From: Candidatus Hadarchaeota archaeon
GTDB taxonomy: Archaea > Hadarchaeota > Hadarchaeia > Hadarchaeales > Hadarchaeaceae
Direction: 5' to 3'
NCBI GenBank assembly: GCA_040755315.1
Contig: JBFMBF010000002.1
Location: 13,361 to 77,360, forward strand
Length of the DNA stretch: 64,000 bases
Shown: positions 44,573 to 53,796 of the stretch, piece after piece
How positions within the stretch are numbered: the first letter of the stretch is position 1
Layout: every line of letters starts with the position of its first letter
The notes under the pieces: generated by a model
Database searches by the model: none
Told to the model about the DNA's origin: nothing
What the model saw: only the letters and a program-made list of their open reading frames with translations
Translations under genes and position numbers: made by a program

Positions 44573-45502
44573 TTGAAAGAAGTAATAGTTGCGGAAGGGC
44601 TGGTAAAAAAGTTCGGCAAGGTGGTGGCTCTCAATGACATCAGCCTGAAAATCAGTTCGGGTAATTGCGTAGGACTCCTTGGGCCAAACGGGGCAGGTAA
44701 ATCAACTTTCATAAAAATATTATGTGGCCTCCTCCGCCCAAATAGCGGTCATGCCTACGTCAACGGTTTTGACCCATTTTACAACAGGAAGGAGGCGCTT
44801 GAAGGTGTCGGATGCCTCGTGGAAGAGCCGAGTCTTTATGGCCCATTGGATCCGGTCACATATCTGAGGTACCTTGGCGAGGTTCGTGGAATGGAAGGTC
44901 CTGAGCTTGAGCTGAGAATCCGTGAAGTATTGGAACTCACGGACCTCATGAAATGGTCCAAGACAAAGCTCGGGCGGTTTTCAAGGGGGATGCGTCAGAA
45001 GATGGTGTTTGCCCAGGCAATTCTTCACGACCCGCCGATTCTCATTTTCGACGAGCCCGGCTTGGGACTGGATCCCCGCGCGGTTTTTAAGATAAGGGAT
45101 TACATCAACCAAGCGAGGAGGGCTGGCAAGACGATATTCCTTTCCTCCCACATGCTTCTAGAGGTTCAGGAGACATGCAACAAGGTGGCGCTCATCAGCA
45201 AGGGGCACCTGTTGAAAATAGACGATGCCAGAGTTTTAGAAAAAATGTTTACTCCTAGGGTGCTTGAAGTGGAGGTGCTTAAGAATCCGAGTCAAAAACA
45301 AATCAGAAAAATAAAAGACCTTGGCGCGGTAGAGTCGCTTTCTTTGGACAAGGGCAATTTGAAGATAGGTTTCAAGGGTGGAAAGAGCGAACGTGCAAGG
45401 CTGCTCGAGGAGCTTATAAACAACGTGGGGCTGAAAGTGGTTTCCTACAAGACTCCCACGCTGCCTCTCGAGGATGTCTACCTCCAGCTAGTAGGTGAGT
45501 GA
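44573..45502 (+). CDS. ABC transporter ATP-binding protein (ABC-2 type)
   Basis: It has Walker A 'GLLGPNGAGKST', signature 'FSRGMRQK' and Walker B 'ILIFDEP'. Confidence 0.85.
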   Translation: MKEVIVAEGLVKKFGKVVALNDISLKISSGNCVGLLGPNGAGKSTFIKILCGLLRPNSGHAYVNGFDPFYNRKEALEGVGCLVEEPSLYGPLDPVTYLRYLGEVRGMEGPELELRIREVLELTDLMKWSKTKLGRFSRGMRQKMVFAQAILHDPPILIFDEPGLGLDPRAVFKIRDYINQARRAGKTIFLSSHMLLEVQETCNKVALISKGHLLKIDDARVLEKMFTPRVLEVEVLKNPSQKQIRKIKDLGAVESLSLDKGNLKIGFKGGKSERARLLEELINNVGLKVVSYKTPTLPLEDVYLQLVGE

Positions 45503-46301
45503 CATGAGACAAAAAATCAGCAGCAATTTCCAGCAGATGCTCACTGTTATGAAATATGAGGTTCTGAGGCACCGCAGGAGCCGGAGGGTGCTCGCCACTG
45601 TCGTACTCATCGTACCAATCTCCATTTTAGGGATTTACTTGATCACATTCGCCGGCCCCCTGCCGCTTATGGACTTCACGGAAGATTATTTCCTGACGCT
45701 CACCCTCATGTCTGCGATGCTTGGGATATTCTTCGGCAGCGACGCAATATCCTCTGAGTACACCCAAAAGACAGGTTATGTGACTCTAACGGCGCCTGTC
45801 GGCCGCAGCTGGCTGGCGATGGGAAAGTTCCTGGCCGCCGCGATACTTGTTGCGGTCGGTGTTGCGATGACCTTCGCCATTGGGTTGATTTACATGGTGT
45901 TCACTTATGGTGCCGTACCCAGCGGCGCGCTGGCTTCTTACATACTTCTTCTCCTGTACGGTTTTGCCACTCTTGCATCATCATTTTTGATAAGCACGGT
46001 AATCCCAGGCGATATATTGCCTGTGATATTCACATTTTTCATCTTCATCATAATAATGCCCCTCGTGGAAGCTTTGCTGGTAAATATTTCCATTGAGCCG
46101 TGGGTCCTGTTGACTTTTCCCAGAAAACTGGTCCCGCTAGCATCCATAACTCCTCCCCCGCCCAGGGTGACTTTAACAACTGGGGGGAGGACAATATACT
46201 CTTACCCGACCATGGAAGGTGGTACAGCGGTGATGCTAGGATATTTGATAATCACGCTTCTGCTGACTTTGTACTTTTTCAGGCGCAGGCAAATGCGTTG
46301 A
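45495..46301 (+). CDS. ABC-2-type transporter permease
   Basis: 268 aa with about 6 TM segments. It overlaps the ATPase gene by 8 nt. Confidence 0.65.
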   Translation: MSDMRQKISSNFQQMLTVMKYEVLRHRRSRRVLATVVLIVPISILGIYLITFAGPLPLMDFTEDYFLTLTLMSAMLGIFFGSDAISSEYTQKTGYVTLTAPVGRSWLAMGKFLAAAILVAVGVAMTFAIGLIYMVFTYGAVPSGALASYILLLLYGFATLASSFLISTVIPGDILPVIFTFFIFIIIMPLVEALLVNISIEPWVLLTFPRKLVPLASITPPPPRVTLTTGGRTIYSYPTMEGGTAVMLGYLIITLLLTLYFFRRRQMR

Positions 46302-46364
46302 AGTTGGATTTGTGGGTGCCCCCTGGCATGTTTTAAGCTGGTTCGTAGGAATTGTTGTGGGAAC

Positions 46365-46586
46365 ATGAGAGAAAAGGTGGAAGCCGCGATTGAAAGAATA
46401 AGGCCGGCTCTGCAGGCAGATGGGGGGGACATAGAGCTTGTTGACATCACCAAAGATGGAGTGGTTTTGGTGAAGTTGAGAGGCGCCTGTGCGGGGTGCC
46501 CGATGTCTTCGATGACTATGGGGATGGTTGTGGAAAGGGAAATAAAACGCGCCGCCCCGGAAATCAAACGCGTTCAGCTTTTATGA
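46365..46586 (+). CDS. NifU-like (Nfu C-terminal domain) Fe-S cluster protein
   Basis: 73 aa. 'IRPALQADGGDIELVDI ... VKLRGACAGCPMSSMT' is the Nfu CxxC motif. Confidence 0.8.
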   Translation: MREKVEAAIERIRPALQADGGDIELVDITKDGVVLVKLRGACAGCPMSSMTMGMVVEREIKRAAPEIKRVQLL

Positions 46587-47600
46587 TTTTATCTTCGACT
46601 TCAGTTGGTCAGGCTTGAAGACACCTTGCTCAGTTATTATGGCAGTTATTAAGCGGGCAGGGGTGACATCAAAGGCAGGGTTTAGAGCATTTACACCACT
46701 CGGGGCAATTCTTCTGCCCCCCACGCTCGTGACCTCTTCTGGCGATCGGTATTCTATGGGAATGTCTTTACCCCTTCGGATTTTCATGTCGATGGTGCTG
46801 GTAGGCGCCGCCACGTAGAACGGGATGTGGTGTTCTCGAGCCAGAACAGCGATATTGTACGTCCCAATCTTGTTGGCCGCGTCCCCGTTTGCAGCGATTC
46901 TGTCTGCACCAACAATCGCAGCGTTTATTCCCCCCCTGTCCATGAAGTGCCCGACGGAACTGTCCACGATTACCGTGACCGGGATACCCTCCCTTTTCAA
47001 CTCCCAGGCAGTCAGTCTAGCGCCCTGGTGAAGCGGGCGAGTTTCTGTAGCCATGACCTTGAGTTTTTTTCCAGCTCTCTTTGCCGCTCTGATCACTCCA
47101 AGGGCCGTCCCGAAGTCTACCGTGGCGAGAGCCCCAGCATTGCAGTGGGTCAAGACTGTGGCGCCGCTTTTGAGAAGCTTGGCGCCGTTTTCGCCGAGTT
47201 TTTTGTTTGTTTTAATATCCTCTTCAGCTATGAGGTTAGCCTCCTTGACCACCGCCTTTTTCATGCTTTCTACATCGGAATATTTTCTGGCCGCCGAAAG
47301 GGCCCTCCTGATTCCAACGAAGAGGTTTACGGCAGTTGGCCTAGTCTTTCCAATTCTCTTCGCCGCCAGTTCCAGCTCAGACATCAGCGCGGGCTTTGTT
47401 TTTGCTCTGCTCCTTAGCGCCGTCACGGCAATCCCCATGGCGGCAGCAGCGGCCAAAGCCGGAGCCCCCCGCACCTGAAGTTTTTCTATTGCCTGCGCCA
47501 CACCTTCAGCATTGGTGCACCTGATGAATTTCAGCTTGTGAGGGAGGAGAGTCTGATCGACAAGGATTACATCTGCACCTTTCAGTTCAATCGTGCGCAC
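46581..47600 (-). CDS. mtnA: S-methyl-5-thioribose-1-phosphate isomerase / eIF-2B-related family
   Basis: 'LVDQTLLPHKLKFIRC ... AIEKLQVRGAPALAAAAAMGIA' matches the MtnA-type N-terminus. GTG 47600 is preferred over TTG 47666, which removes the overlap with the upstream small ORF. Confidence 0.75.
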   Translation of the reverse strand: MRTIELKGADVILVDQTLLPHKLKFIRCTNAEGVAQAIEKLQVRGAPALAAAAAMGIAVTALRSRAKTKPALMSELELAAKRIGKTRPTAVNLFVGIRRALSAARKYSDVESMKKAVVKEANLIAEEDIKTNKKLGENGAKLLKSGATVLTHCNAGALATVDFGTALGVIRAAKRAGKKLKVMATETRPLHQGARLTAWELKREGIPVTVIVDSSVGHFMDRGGINAAIVGADRIAANGDAANKIGTYNIAVLAREHHIPFYVAAPTSTIDMKIRRGKDIPIEYRSPEEVTSVGGRRIAPSGVNALNPAFDVTPARLITAIITEQGVFKPDQLKSKIKS

Positions 47601-47604
47601 AATT

Positions 47605-47787
47605 TCACCTCTTTTTCCTGTGCGTCGAGTGCCACCATAAGTCATGGGCAAAAAGTGCAGTGCCAACTAATAACCCTCCCCCGGCCAGCAGTGGGTTGTA
47701 CTCGCCAATCAAAAAAGCTCTGAAAAAAATGGCCGCGATGCTCCAGATCATCAGGAACAGTCCCATGTAAGCATGGTGAATGTGCAT
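47605..47787 (-). CDS. Small two-TM membrane protein (hypothetical)
   Basis: 60 aa with two hydrophobic helices and a basic C-terminus. It ends 4 nt before the proposed mtnA start. No other support. Confidence 0.35.
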   Translation of the reverse strand: MHIHHAYMGLFLMIWSIAAIFFRAFLIGEYNPLLAGGGLLVGTALFAHDLWWHSTHRKKR

Positions 47788-49245
47788 GCTACCGTAAGAT
47801 TTAACAACACTCCCGTTAAAATCTTTACTACTGGTGATTTAGTGAAGACCACCGTCTGCCGAGCCGCTGAACTGATAAAAAAACACAGAAATGATTCCAT
47901 CCAGGTAATTTCTCACATGGATGCCGACGGCGTCTGTGCTGCCGCCATAATGTCCAACTCTCTTGACAGGTGCGGGATAACCCATGACGTGAAGTTCGTC
48001 CGCATGCTTTACCGAGAGGTTGTTGATGGACTTGAACCAGCCGATCTCACCATTTTCACGGACTTGGGCAGCTCCCAGATCCAGAATTTGCGTGAAAGGT
48101 TCACCGGGCGCGATGTAATAATTTCTGACCATCACGAGCCAGAAAATGCCGAGGGTTGGCCAGAACTTGTCCACTTCAACGCCCACAGATACAGCATGAA
48201 CGGGGTGCAGGAAATATGCGGCAGCGGCATGACTTACTTGATATCTAAAGAACTCGACGAAAAAAATAAGGACTTGGCGGCGCTGGCGGTGGTGGGCGCC
48301 ATCGGCGACGTTCAAAATGCGTGGGGAAAACTGGTTGGCCACAACAGGGAGATAGCAAAGGACGCCATAGCCGCTGGTGTGATAGAGAGATCAACTGATG
48401 TGATGTTTTACGGAAGACACTCTAGGCCCATCTTCAAGGCGCTAGAGTCTTTCACAGACCCCCCCATCCCAGGGGTCAGCAACTCCCCAGCCGGTTGTCT
48501 GGGTCTGCTGAAAAAGCTTGGTATCCCTCTAAAAGCCGGGAGCGATTGGCGCAGGCCAGCCGACCTGACCCATTTGGAAAAACAGAAACTGGCATCAGAG
48601 CTCATAACAATAGCTTACACGAGTGTCCCATCGGAATTTGTGCAGTATGTCCCCGGCCTAATCATAGGAGAGACGTACTCTCTGCCCAAGGAAAAAGAGG
48701 GGTCAATGCTGATGGACGCCGAGGAGTTCTCCACATGCATGAACTCCACAGCTAGACATGAGCAGCCGCTTCTTGGTTTTGAGGTCGCCAAGGGCAACCG
48801 CGGGACATACTACAGGGCCATGCTGAACCTGATAAAGTACCATAGGCGATGTATTGCCGAAGGCATGGATTTCATCGAAGATAACGGGCTGAGGCAGGGA
48901 CCCAAAGGTTATCTGCAGTACTTCGACGGCACCGGTTCAATAAAGGAGACTTTCATAGGGACAATAGCGAACATGTTGATGGGGCACAAATATTGCGATC
49001 CCTACAAACCTGTCATTGGCATGGTGAAGGCGGACGGCGTGGCAAAGGTCTCCGCCCGCTGTTCAAAGCTTCTCTTTCTCAAGGGGCTGGACATGGCCAA
49101 GGCCATCAGGAACGCGGCCAGGGCCGTGGGAGGAGAGGGCGGTGGTCACGCTGTTGCCTGCGGCGCCCAGGTTAAGGAAGAGGCATCAAAAGAGTTCATC
49201 GCGAAGTTTGAGGAGCAGCTTGTTCATCAACTGTCGAACGCCTAG
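47773..49245 (+). CDS. DHH-family RecJ/GAN-like phosphoesterase
   Basis: 490 aa. It has 'HMDADGVCAA', 'IISDHHEP' (DHH) and 'GGGHAVACG' (DHHA1) motifs. Confidence 0.75.
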   Translation: MVNVHATVRFNNTPVKIFTTGDLVKTTVCRAAELIKKHRNDSIQVISHMDADGVCAAAIMSNSLDRCGITHDVKFVRMLYREVVDGLEPADLTIFTDLGSSQIQNLRERFTGRDVIISDHHEPENAEGWPELVHFNAHRYSMNGVQEICGSGMTYLISKELDEKNKDLAALAVVGAIGDVQNAWGKLVGHNREIAKDAIAAGVIERSTDVMFYGRHSRPIFKALESFTDPPIPGVSNSPAGCLGLLKKLGIPLKAGSDWRRPADLTHLEKQKLASELITIAYTSVPSEFVQYVPGLIIGETYSLPKEKEGSMLMDAEEFSTCMNSTARHEQPLLGFEVAKGNRGTYYRAMLNLIKYHRRCIAEGMDFIEDNGLRQGPKGYLQYFDGTGSIKETFIGTIANMLMGHKYCDPYKPVIGMVKADGVAKVSARCSKLLFLKGLDMAKAIRNAARAVGGEGGGHAVACGAQVKEEASKEFIAKFEEQLVHQLSNA

Positions 49246-50963
49246 ATTTTGCCTTTCCCCTTGGCTTTCCTTTCTTCCTGGCGTTTGTACATATCCGCAA
49301 TTTCTCGGACAGTGGAGACATCTTCCGGCTTTTTGTCCTCTCTAATTCGGATGAAGCGGGGAAACCTGAGGCCGTAGCCAGAAGTGTGCTTCTCGGAAGG
49401 GCTGCGCTGTATCTCCTCATAGGCTATTTCGAAAACAATCCTTGGTTCAAAATAGGCGTCGCACTCTATTTCTATGTCAACATCTTGGCGCGGGTTTTTT
49501 ACTTGCATGCCCTTAAAGAGCGCCGTTAGCTCATCCAGATCCTCGTCGGTGTAACCGGAGCCGCATTTTGTCACTGTCTTGAACCGGTCGTTGTCTTCAT
49601 CTCTCGCAGCCAGCACATAACTTCCAAAACTCCCCGCGCGCCTGCCTCTTCCGTATAAAGCGCCAACGACTGCCAAGTCAAGCGTTTCTAGCGTAGGCTT
49701 CAGCTTCAGCCACAGGAACTCCCGTCGGCCAGCCCTGTAGGTAGAGTTGAGGTCTTTTGAGAGCAGGCCCTCATGTCCCATCTTCACGGCGGAATCGGCG
49801 AATTTTTTGATTTCTTCCAAATCTTTCAGAACTTTTTGCTCCACCACCATGACCTTGGCTTCTTTTTGCACCATCTGCTCGAGCCGCGCCCTTCTCTTTG
49901 TGTATGGTTCGTCCATAAGAACCTTGTCTTCCGCAAGCAGCACGTCAAAAAGATAAATTTGGACGGGGATTTGTTTTGCTGCTTCACTTATCTCATACTT
50001 CCGGCGGCGCTTCAGCACTTCTTGAAAAGGCATCGGCTTCCCGGTTTTTCTGTCGATTGCCACGAGCTCGCCGTCAACAATCGCGCGTCTGGATGACAGA
50101 GACTTTTTCAAGGCATCGAGGATGTCAGGGAACATGTTTGTATAATCCTCCATCCGCCGAGTGAACAGTCGGACGCTTCCGCCTTCCTTGTGAATTTGGA
50201 TTCTTATCCCGTCGAGTTTTATCTCGAAAGCCGCTTTGCCACCCATCCTTTTCAAAATCTCCTCAGCATTTTCGGCCCTTTGCGCGAGCATTGGGCTCAC
50301 AGGGTGGCCCACCGAGACACCCAATTTTTTCAGGCCCCTTTTCCCGCCTTTCGCGGCGGCCTTTGCCACAAGGGAGTAGTCCGTCGTAAGCATGTAGGCA
50401 TGTTCTACATCATCAGGGTCAATGCCGAACGCTGCGGCTATGGCATCCCTGAGCCTGCCCTCTGCCACTCCTATCCTCAGGTCCCCCAGCACCGTCCTCA
50501 CGATGAACCTTGCCTCGGTTGGGGCGGCGTCGGCGAGGAGCTTGGATATTAAGCTTATCTTCCTGTCGACAGAGCCTTCACCTGTTATCTCCGGTAGCTT
50601 CCTCAGGCTTTCAAAGACATTTTCAACAGTCAGCTGCTCGTGGAAAAGCGAGGCCTGACGTCTTTTGGAAATTAGCTGCTGAGCCACTTCTCCAAAATCG
50701 CCTGTTTCCTTCAGCCTTTTGTCTATTTCTGCAGTTGGATAACCTGAAGCGACAGAGATCGCCTTCTTCAGCTGCTGTGGCCCGACTCCAGTTTCTTTCG
50801 AGACGTAAGTTGGCCATGGCCTCCCAAGAAGAAGGAGAACAACCCGCTCTATCTCTTCGGTCGGGGCCTCCTTTAGCAGGTTCACGATGGTGGAGTTCTT
50901 CTCAAGGTAGGACGCAGTCTTCTCCAGCTTTTCAAAGGCTTCCGCAAGCGTAGAGTACTTCAT
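49242..50963 (-). CDS. lig: ATP-dependent DNA ligase
   Basis: 573 aa. The adenylation motif is 'AFEIKLDGIRIQIH' (KxDG), and further ligase motifs and an OB domain are present. Confidence 0.9.
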   Translation of the reverse strand: MKYSTLAEAFEKLEKTASYLEKNSTIVNLLKEAPTEEIERVVLLLLGRPWPTYVSKETGVGPQQLKKAISVASGYPTAEIDKRLKETGDFGEVAQQLISKRRQASLFHEQLTVENVFESLRKLPEITGEGSVDRKISLISKLLADAAPTEARFIVRTVLGDLRIGVAEGRLRDAIAAAFGIDPDDVEHAYMLTTDYSLVAKAAAKGGKRGLKKLGVSVGHPVSPMLAQRAENAEEILKRMGGKAAFEIKLDGIRIQIHKEGGSVRLFTRRMEDYTNMFPDILDALKKSLSSRRAIVDGELVAIDRKTGKPMPFQEVLKRRRKYEISEAAKQIPVQIYLFDVLLAEDKVLMDEPYTKRRARLEQMVQKEAKVMVVEQKVLKDLEEIKKFADSAVKMGHEGLLSKDLNSTYRAGRREFLWLKLKPTLETLDLAVVGALYGRGRRAGSFGSYVLAARDEDNDRFKTVTKCGSGYTDEDLDELTALFKGMQVKNPRQDVDIEIECDAYFEPRIVFEIAYEEIQRSPSEKHTSGYGLRFPRFIRIREDKKPEDVSTVREIADMYKRQEERKAKGKGKI

Positions 50964-51005
50964 ATTTCTCCAAAGCTACTTCTGCGCCAGCTCTAAAACA
51001 ATTGC

Positions 51006-51878
51006 TCAAACTGCATCTTGGGTGTATTCTATTATCCTGTTATTCGTGTTGATTTTGGCGATTATCCTGCCTTTCCTGAATATCCTGACCATCCCGTCCT
51101 CCCCAGAGACTGTTACCCCTGTTGTGTTGGCGGCGGCGGTCATGTTCGCGACGGAGAGGTGCCTCGTTCCCAGTCCTTTGGGGATTTCCACCTTCCTGTC
51201 GGCGTTTAGGTACCGGCAGGCGGCCACAGCCCTGCCGCTCTCGTCGATTATGAAAGCGCCGTCAAAAGAAAGAGCGTATTTTTTCAGGAGATCCCACTGC
51301 CCCTGGTCGGATATCAACACCTCGTAGTTTTCAAATGGGTTGAAATGGTAAAGCTGGTAGGAGAACCTCAAAACATCCTTTGATGCCCCTACCATAAACG
51401 CTGCCCCGATTGGCTTCTGCCCCGGCCCGGCTTTTGAAAGCTCTATTGAAAGGTCCACCACATTTGCCAAGACTGGGTTAGACTCGAATAGCTCCACGGC
51501 TTTTTCCTCACCCGTGACGTTGACCACAAAGAGCGAGCTCGGGAAGCTTGACACGCCGTCGTTCACCAGGCATACCAAGCTCTGGTTTTTTGAGACGAGT
51601 TTCTCCCGCATGCAGACTGAGATGGCTTGACTGATTCTTCCCATACCCTCGTGCCAGGCCTGGATTCTTATCGGCTTGATTTCCGGCTTTTGGCTCAGTT
51701 TTTCAAAGCACTGCTGGTTGGAGGTCACCACTATCGTCGGTCTCTTGTTGCCGTTAGGGGTTGAATTCACCGCTGGCTGAATGTAACCGTCGTTTTCAGT
51801 CAAAATCATCACGGCATTTGCACTAATGTCTGAGGCAAGTTTCAAAGCCGCATCGGCCAAGGCGCGTGGGACTTCCAT
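51006..51878 (-). CDS. dacZ: Diadenylate cyclase, DacZ type
   Basis: 290 aa. The C-terminal DAC domain carries 'DGAFIIDESG' (DGA) and 'GLGTRHLSVANMT' (RHR-type) motifs. The N-terminal domain resembles the pyruvate-kinase C-terminal-like module of DacZ. Confidence 0.75.
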   Translation of the reverse strand: MEVPRALADAALKLASDISANAVMILTENDGYIQPAVNSTPNGNKRPTIVVTSNQQCFEKLSQKPEIKPIRIQAWHEGMGRISQAISVCMREKLVSKNQSLVCLVNDGVSSFPSSLFVVNVTGEEKAVELFESNPVLANVVDLSIELSKAGPGQKPIGAAFMVGASKDVLRFSYQLYHFNPFENYEVLISDQGQWDLLKKYALSFDGAFIIDESGRAVAACRYLNADRKVEIPKGLGTRHLSVANMTAAANTTGVTVSGEDGMVRIFRKGRIIAKINTNNRIIEYTQDAV

Positions 51879-51928
51879 TGATCTACATCTCCGTTCCCAC
51901 CGCCTCTACCCAGCAATAATTTTTTGTT

Positions 51929-52300
51929 TCAGGGGGTTATTATGTCTTTCGAAGGCGAAATTTTCTGTCCAATTTTGATTTTGGCTCCGTTGATTGTCCC
52001 CGCCGGTAGCTCCACAAGGTAACTGGCCTTGTTTTTTGGCCTGTAAAGCCGCCAAGGTTTAATTTTTTCCTTCAGCTCCACCACCCTGAAGCCGGAGTCG
52101 AGATAGACCAGGTCGATTGGGAATCTCATGAAAAACATGTGGATGCCGTAGCGCCCTGGATTGTTGAATTTGAATAGCATACCCTCTCCCTCCGGAAGCT
52201 TTTGCCTCATCATCAGGCCGCGGAATCTTTTCCAGAAAGTGTCTGCTACCTCGATTTTACGTGCCACGGCTTTTCCAGTGGTTTGGTTAAGCAGCTGCAT
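51929..52300 (-). CDS. DUF192 domain protein
   Basis: 'RFRGLMMRQKLPEGEGMLFKF ... HMFFMRFPIDLVYLDSGFRVV ... YLVELPAGT' matches the DUF192 pattern. ATG 52300 is preferred over 52360. Confidence 0.65.
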   Translation of the reverse strand: MQLLNQTTGKAVARKIEVADTFWKRFRGLMMRQKLPEGEGMLFKFNNPGRYGIHMFFMRFPIDLVYLDSGFRVVELKEKIKPWRLYRPKNKASYLVELPAGTINGAKIKIGQKISPSKDIITP

Positions 52301-52362
52301 CAACCAGATTTTGGGACATAGCATAAATCCCTGCGGGCAGTGGCCATCCGCCGCTCCCAAAT

Positions 52363-52374
52363 GTTATTTTAACC
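52363..52374 (+). promoter_or_regulatory. TATA-like box (GTTATTTTAACC)
   Basis: It is centred about 31 nt upstream of the fumarase alpha ATG at 52400. Confidence 0.35.
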
Positions 52375-52399
52375 AAGGCCCCCAGTTTAATGGATTCAG

Positions 52400-53263
52400 A
52401 TGGTGAGCAAAGCCGGGTTTATTGAAGCCGCGACTGAAATGATTCGCCGCGCCGAGACAAGATTGCCAGCGGACGTAACGCAAGCTTTGGAGGCTTGTTT
52501 GGTGCGTGAGCGGATGCCGGTCGCCAAGCTTCAGCTTAAGCTGGCGCTGAAAAACCTCCAGCTCGCGAAAAGGTCGGTCGCGCCCGTCTGCCAAGATACT
52601 GGGATATTCTCGTTTTTTGTGAAGGGTGGGGCCAACTTGGATTTCGATGTCGCCGCCGCTATCCGAAAATCAGTAGAGATTGCGACCAGCGAAGTTCCTC
52701 TCAGGGTCAACGCGGTGGATCCACTCACGCGAAAGCCTTACCCTACCAACACTGGGCCTTTTCAGCCAGCGGTCCACATCGAGCCCACGGATGGCCATGG
52801 ACTTGAAATAAACCTGCTTGTGAAGGGGGCCGGGACGGAAAACTACAGCAGGCTCTTCATGCTCAAGCCGACCGCTGGTGCCAAAGCCATACATCAGGCC
52901 CTTTCCATGGTGCTCACAGAGGCTGGCGGCAAGATATGTCCCCCTGTGGTGGCTGGGTTGGGTGTGGGTGGTAGCGCGGAAGTTGCCCCGATGCTTGCAA
53001 AAAAAGCCCTTTTAAGGTCAATCACCAAACGCAACCCCGACAGGAAGCTGGCGCGACTAGAGCGGGAGCTTGAGAAGTCGGCGAACCGGTTGGGAGTTGG
53101 TCCCATGGGGCTGGGCGGTCGATGTACTGTTTTGCGCGTGTTCGTCGAGCGCGCCGCCTGCCATACCGCGACACTTCCAGTGGCGATGGCGTTTCAGTGC
53201 TGGCCGGCCCGAAGGGCGAGGGCGCAGCTTGTGCGTGGGAAGCTGAAGGTGGTGGAGCCTTGA
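52400..53263 (+). CDS. Class I (Fe-S) fumarate hydratase / tartrate dehydratase family, alpha subunit
   Basis: 287 aa. 'PVCQDTGIFSFFV' and the overall pattern match the Fe-S hydro-lyase alpha subunit. Confidence 0.8.
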   Translation: MVSKAGFIEAATEMIRRAETRLPADVTQALEACLVRERMPVAKLQLKLALKNLQLAKRSVAPVCQDTGIFSFFVKGGANLDFDVAAAIRKSVEIATSEVPLRVNAVDPLTRKPYPTNTGPFQPAVHIEPTDGHGLEINLLVKGAGTENYSRLFMLKPTAGAKAIHQALSMVLTEAGGKICPPVVAGLGVGGSAEVAPMLAKKALLRSITKRNPDRKLARLERELEKSANRLGVGPMGLGGRCTVLRVFVERAACHTATLPVAMAFQCWPARRARAQLVRGKLKVVEP

Positions 53264-53796
53264 AGGTCCTCAGGCCCCCCCTGACTGACGATGTCGTAAG
53301 GGGGTTAAGGGCAGGAGATTTTGTGTTCATTTCAGGCAGGATCGTCACAGCTAGGGACAAAGTCTACTCAGCAGCGACCTCCGGTAAAAAGCCCCCGATT
53401 GACATGAATGGAGGAGTGATTTATCACTGCGGCCCCCTTGCGAAAAAAACAAAAAGGGGGTGGAAGATCATCTCGGCCGGCCCCACGACGAGCGCCCGCA
53501 TGGACAGCTTGCAAGAGGATTTCGTGAGAATTACCGGGGCGAAGGCGCTGGTCGGCAAAGGAGGGGTGGGGGAAGATGTGGCCAGGGGGATTTCTCGCTT
53601 GGGCTGCGTTTACTTGGCGTTTACTGGAGGTGCCGGGGTGCTCGCCGCCAGCATGATCAAAAAGGTAGAGAAGGTCGTCTGGCCGGAGCTTGGCGCCGCC
53701 GAGGCCATGTGGGTGTTACGGGTCGAAAAATTCGGGCCGCTGGTCGTCGCCATTGACACCCACGGGAAAAACTTGTACCTTCGCGGAAAAACCTGA
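53260..53796 (+). CDS. Class I fumarate hydratase family, beta subunit
   Basis: TTG 53260 overlaps the alpha stop (TTGA). 'LRAGDFVFISGRIVTARDKVY ... IYHCGP ... GPTTSARMD ... LVGKGG' is typical of the beta subunit. Confidence 0.8.
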   Translation: MKVLRPPLTDDVVRGLRAGDFVFISGRIVTARDKVYSAATSGKKPPIDMNGGVIYHCGPLAKKTKRGWKIISAGPTTSARMDSLQEDFVRITGAKALVGKGGVGEDVARGISRLGCVYLAFTGGAGVLAASMIKKVEKVVWPELGAAEAMWVLRVEKFGPLVVAIDTHGKNLYLRGKT

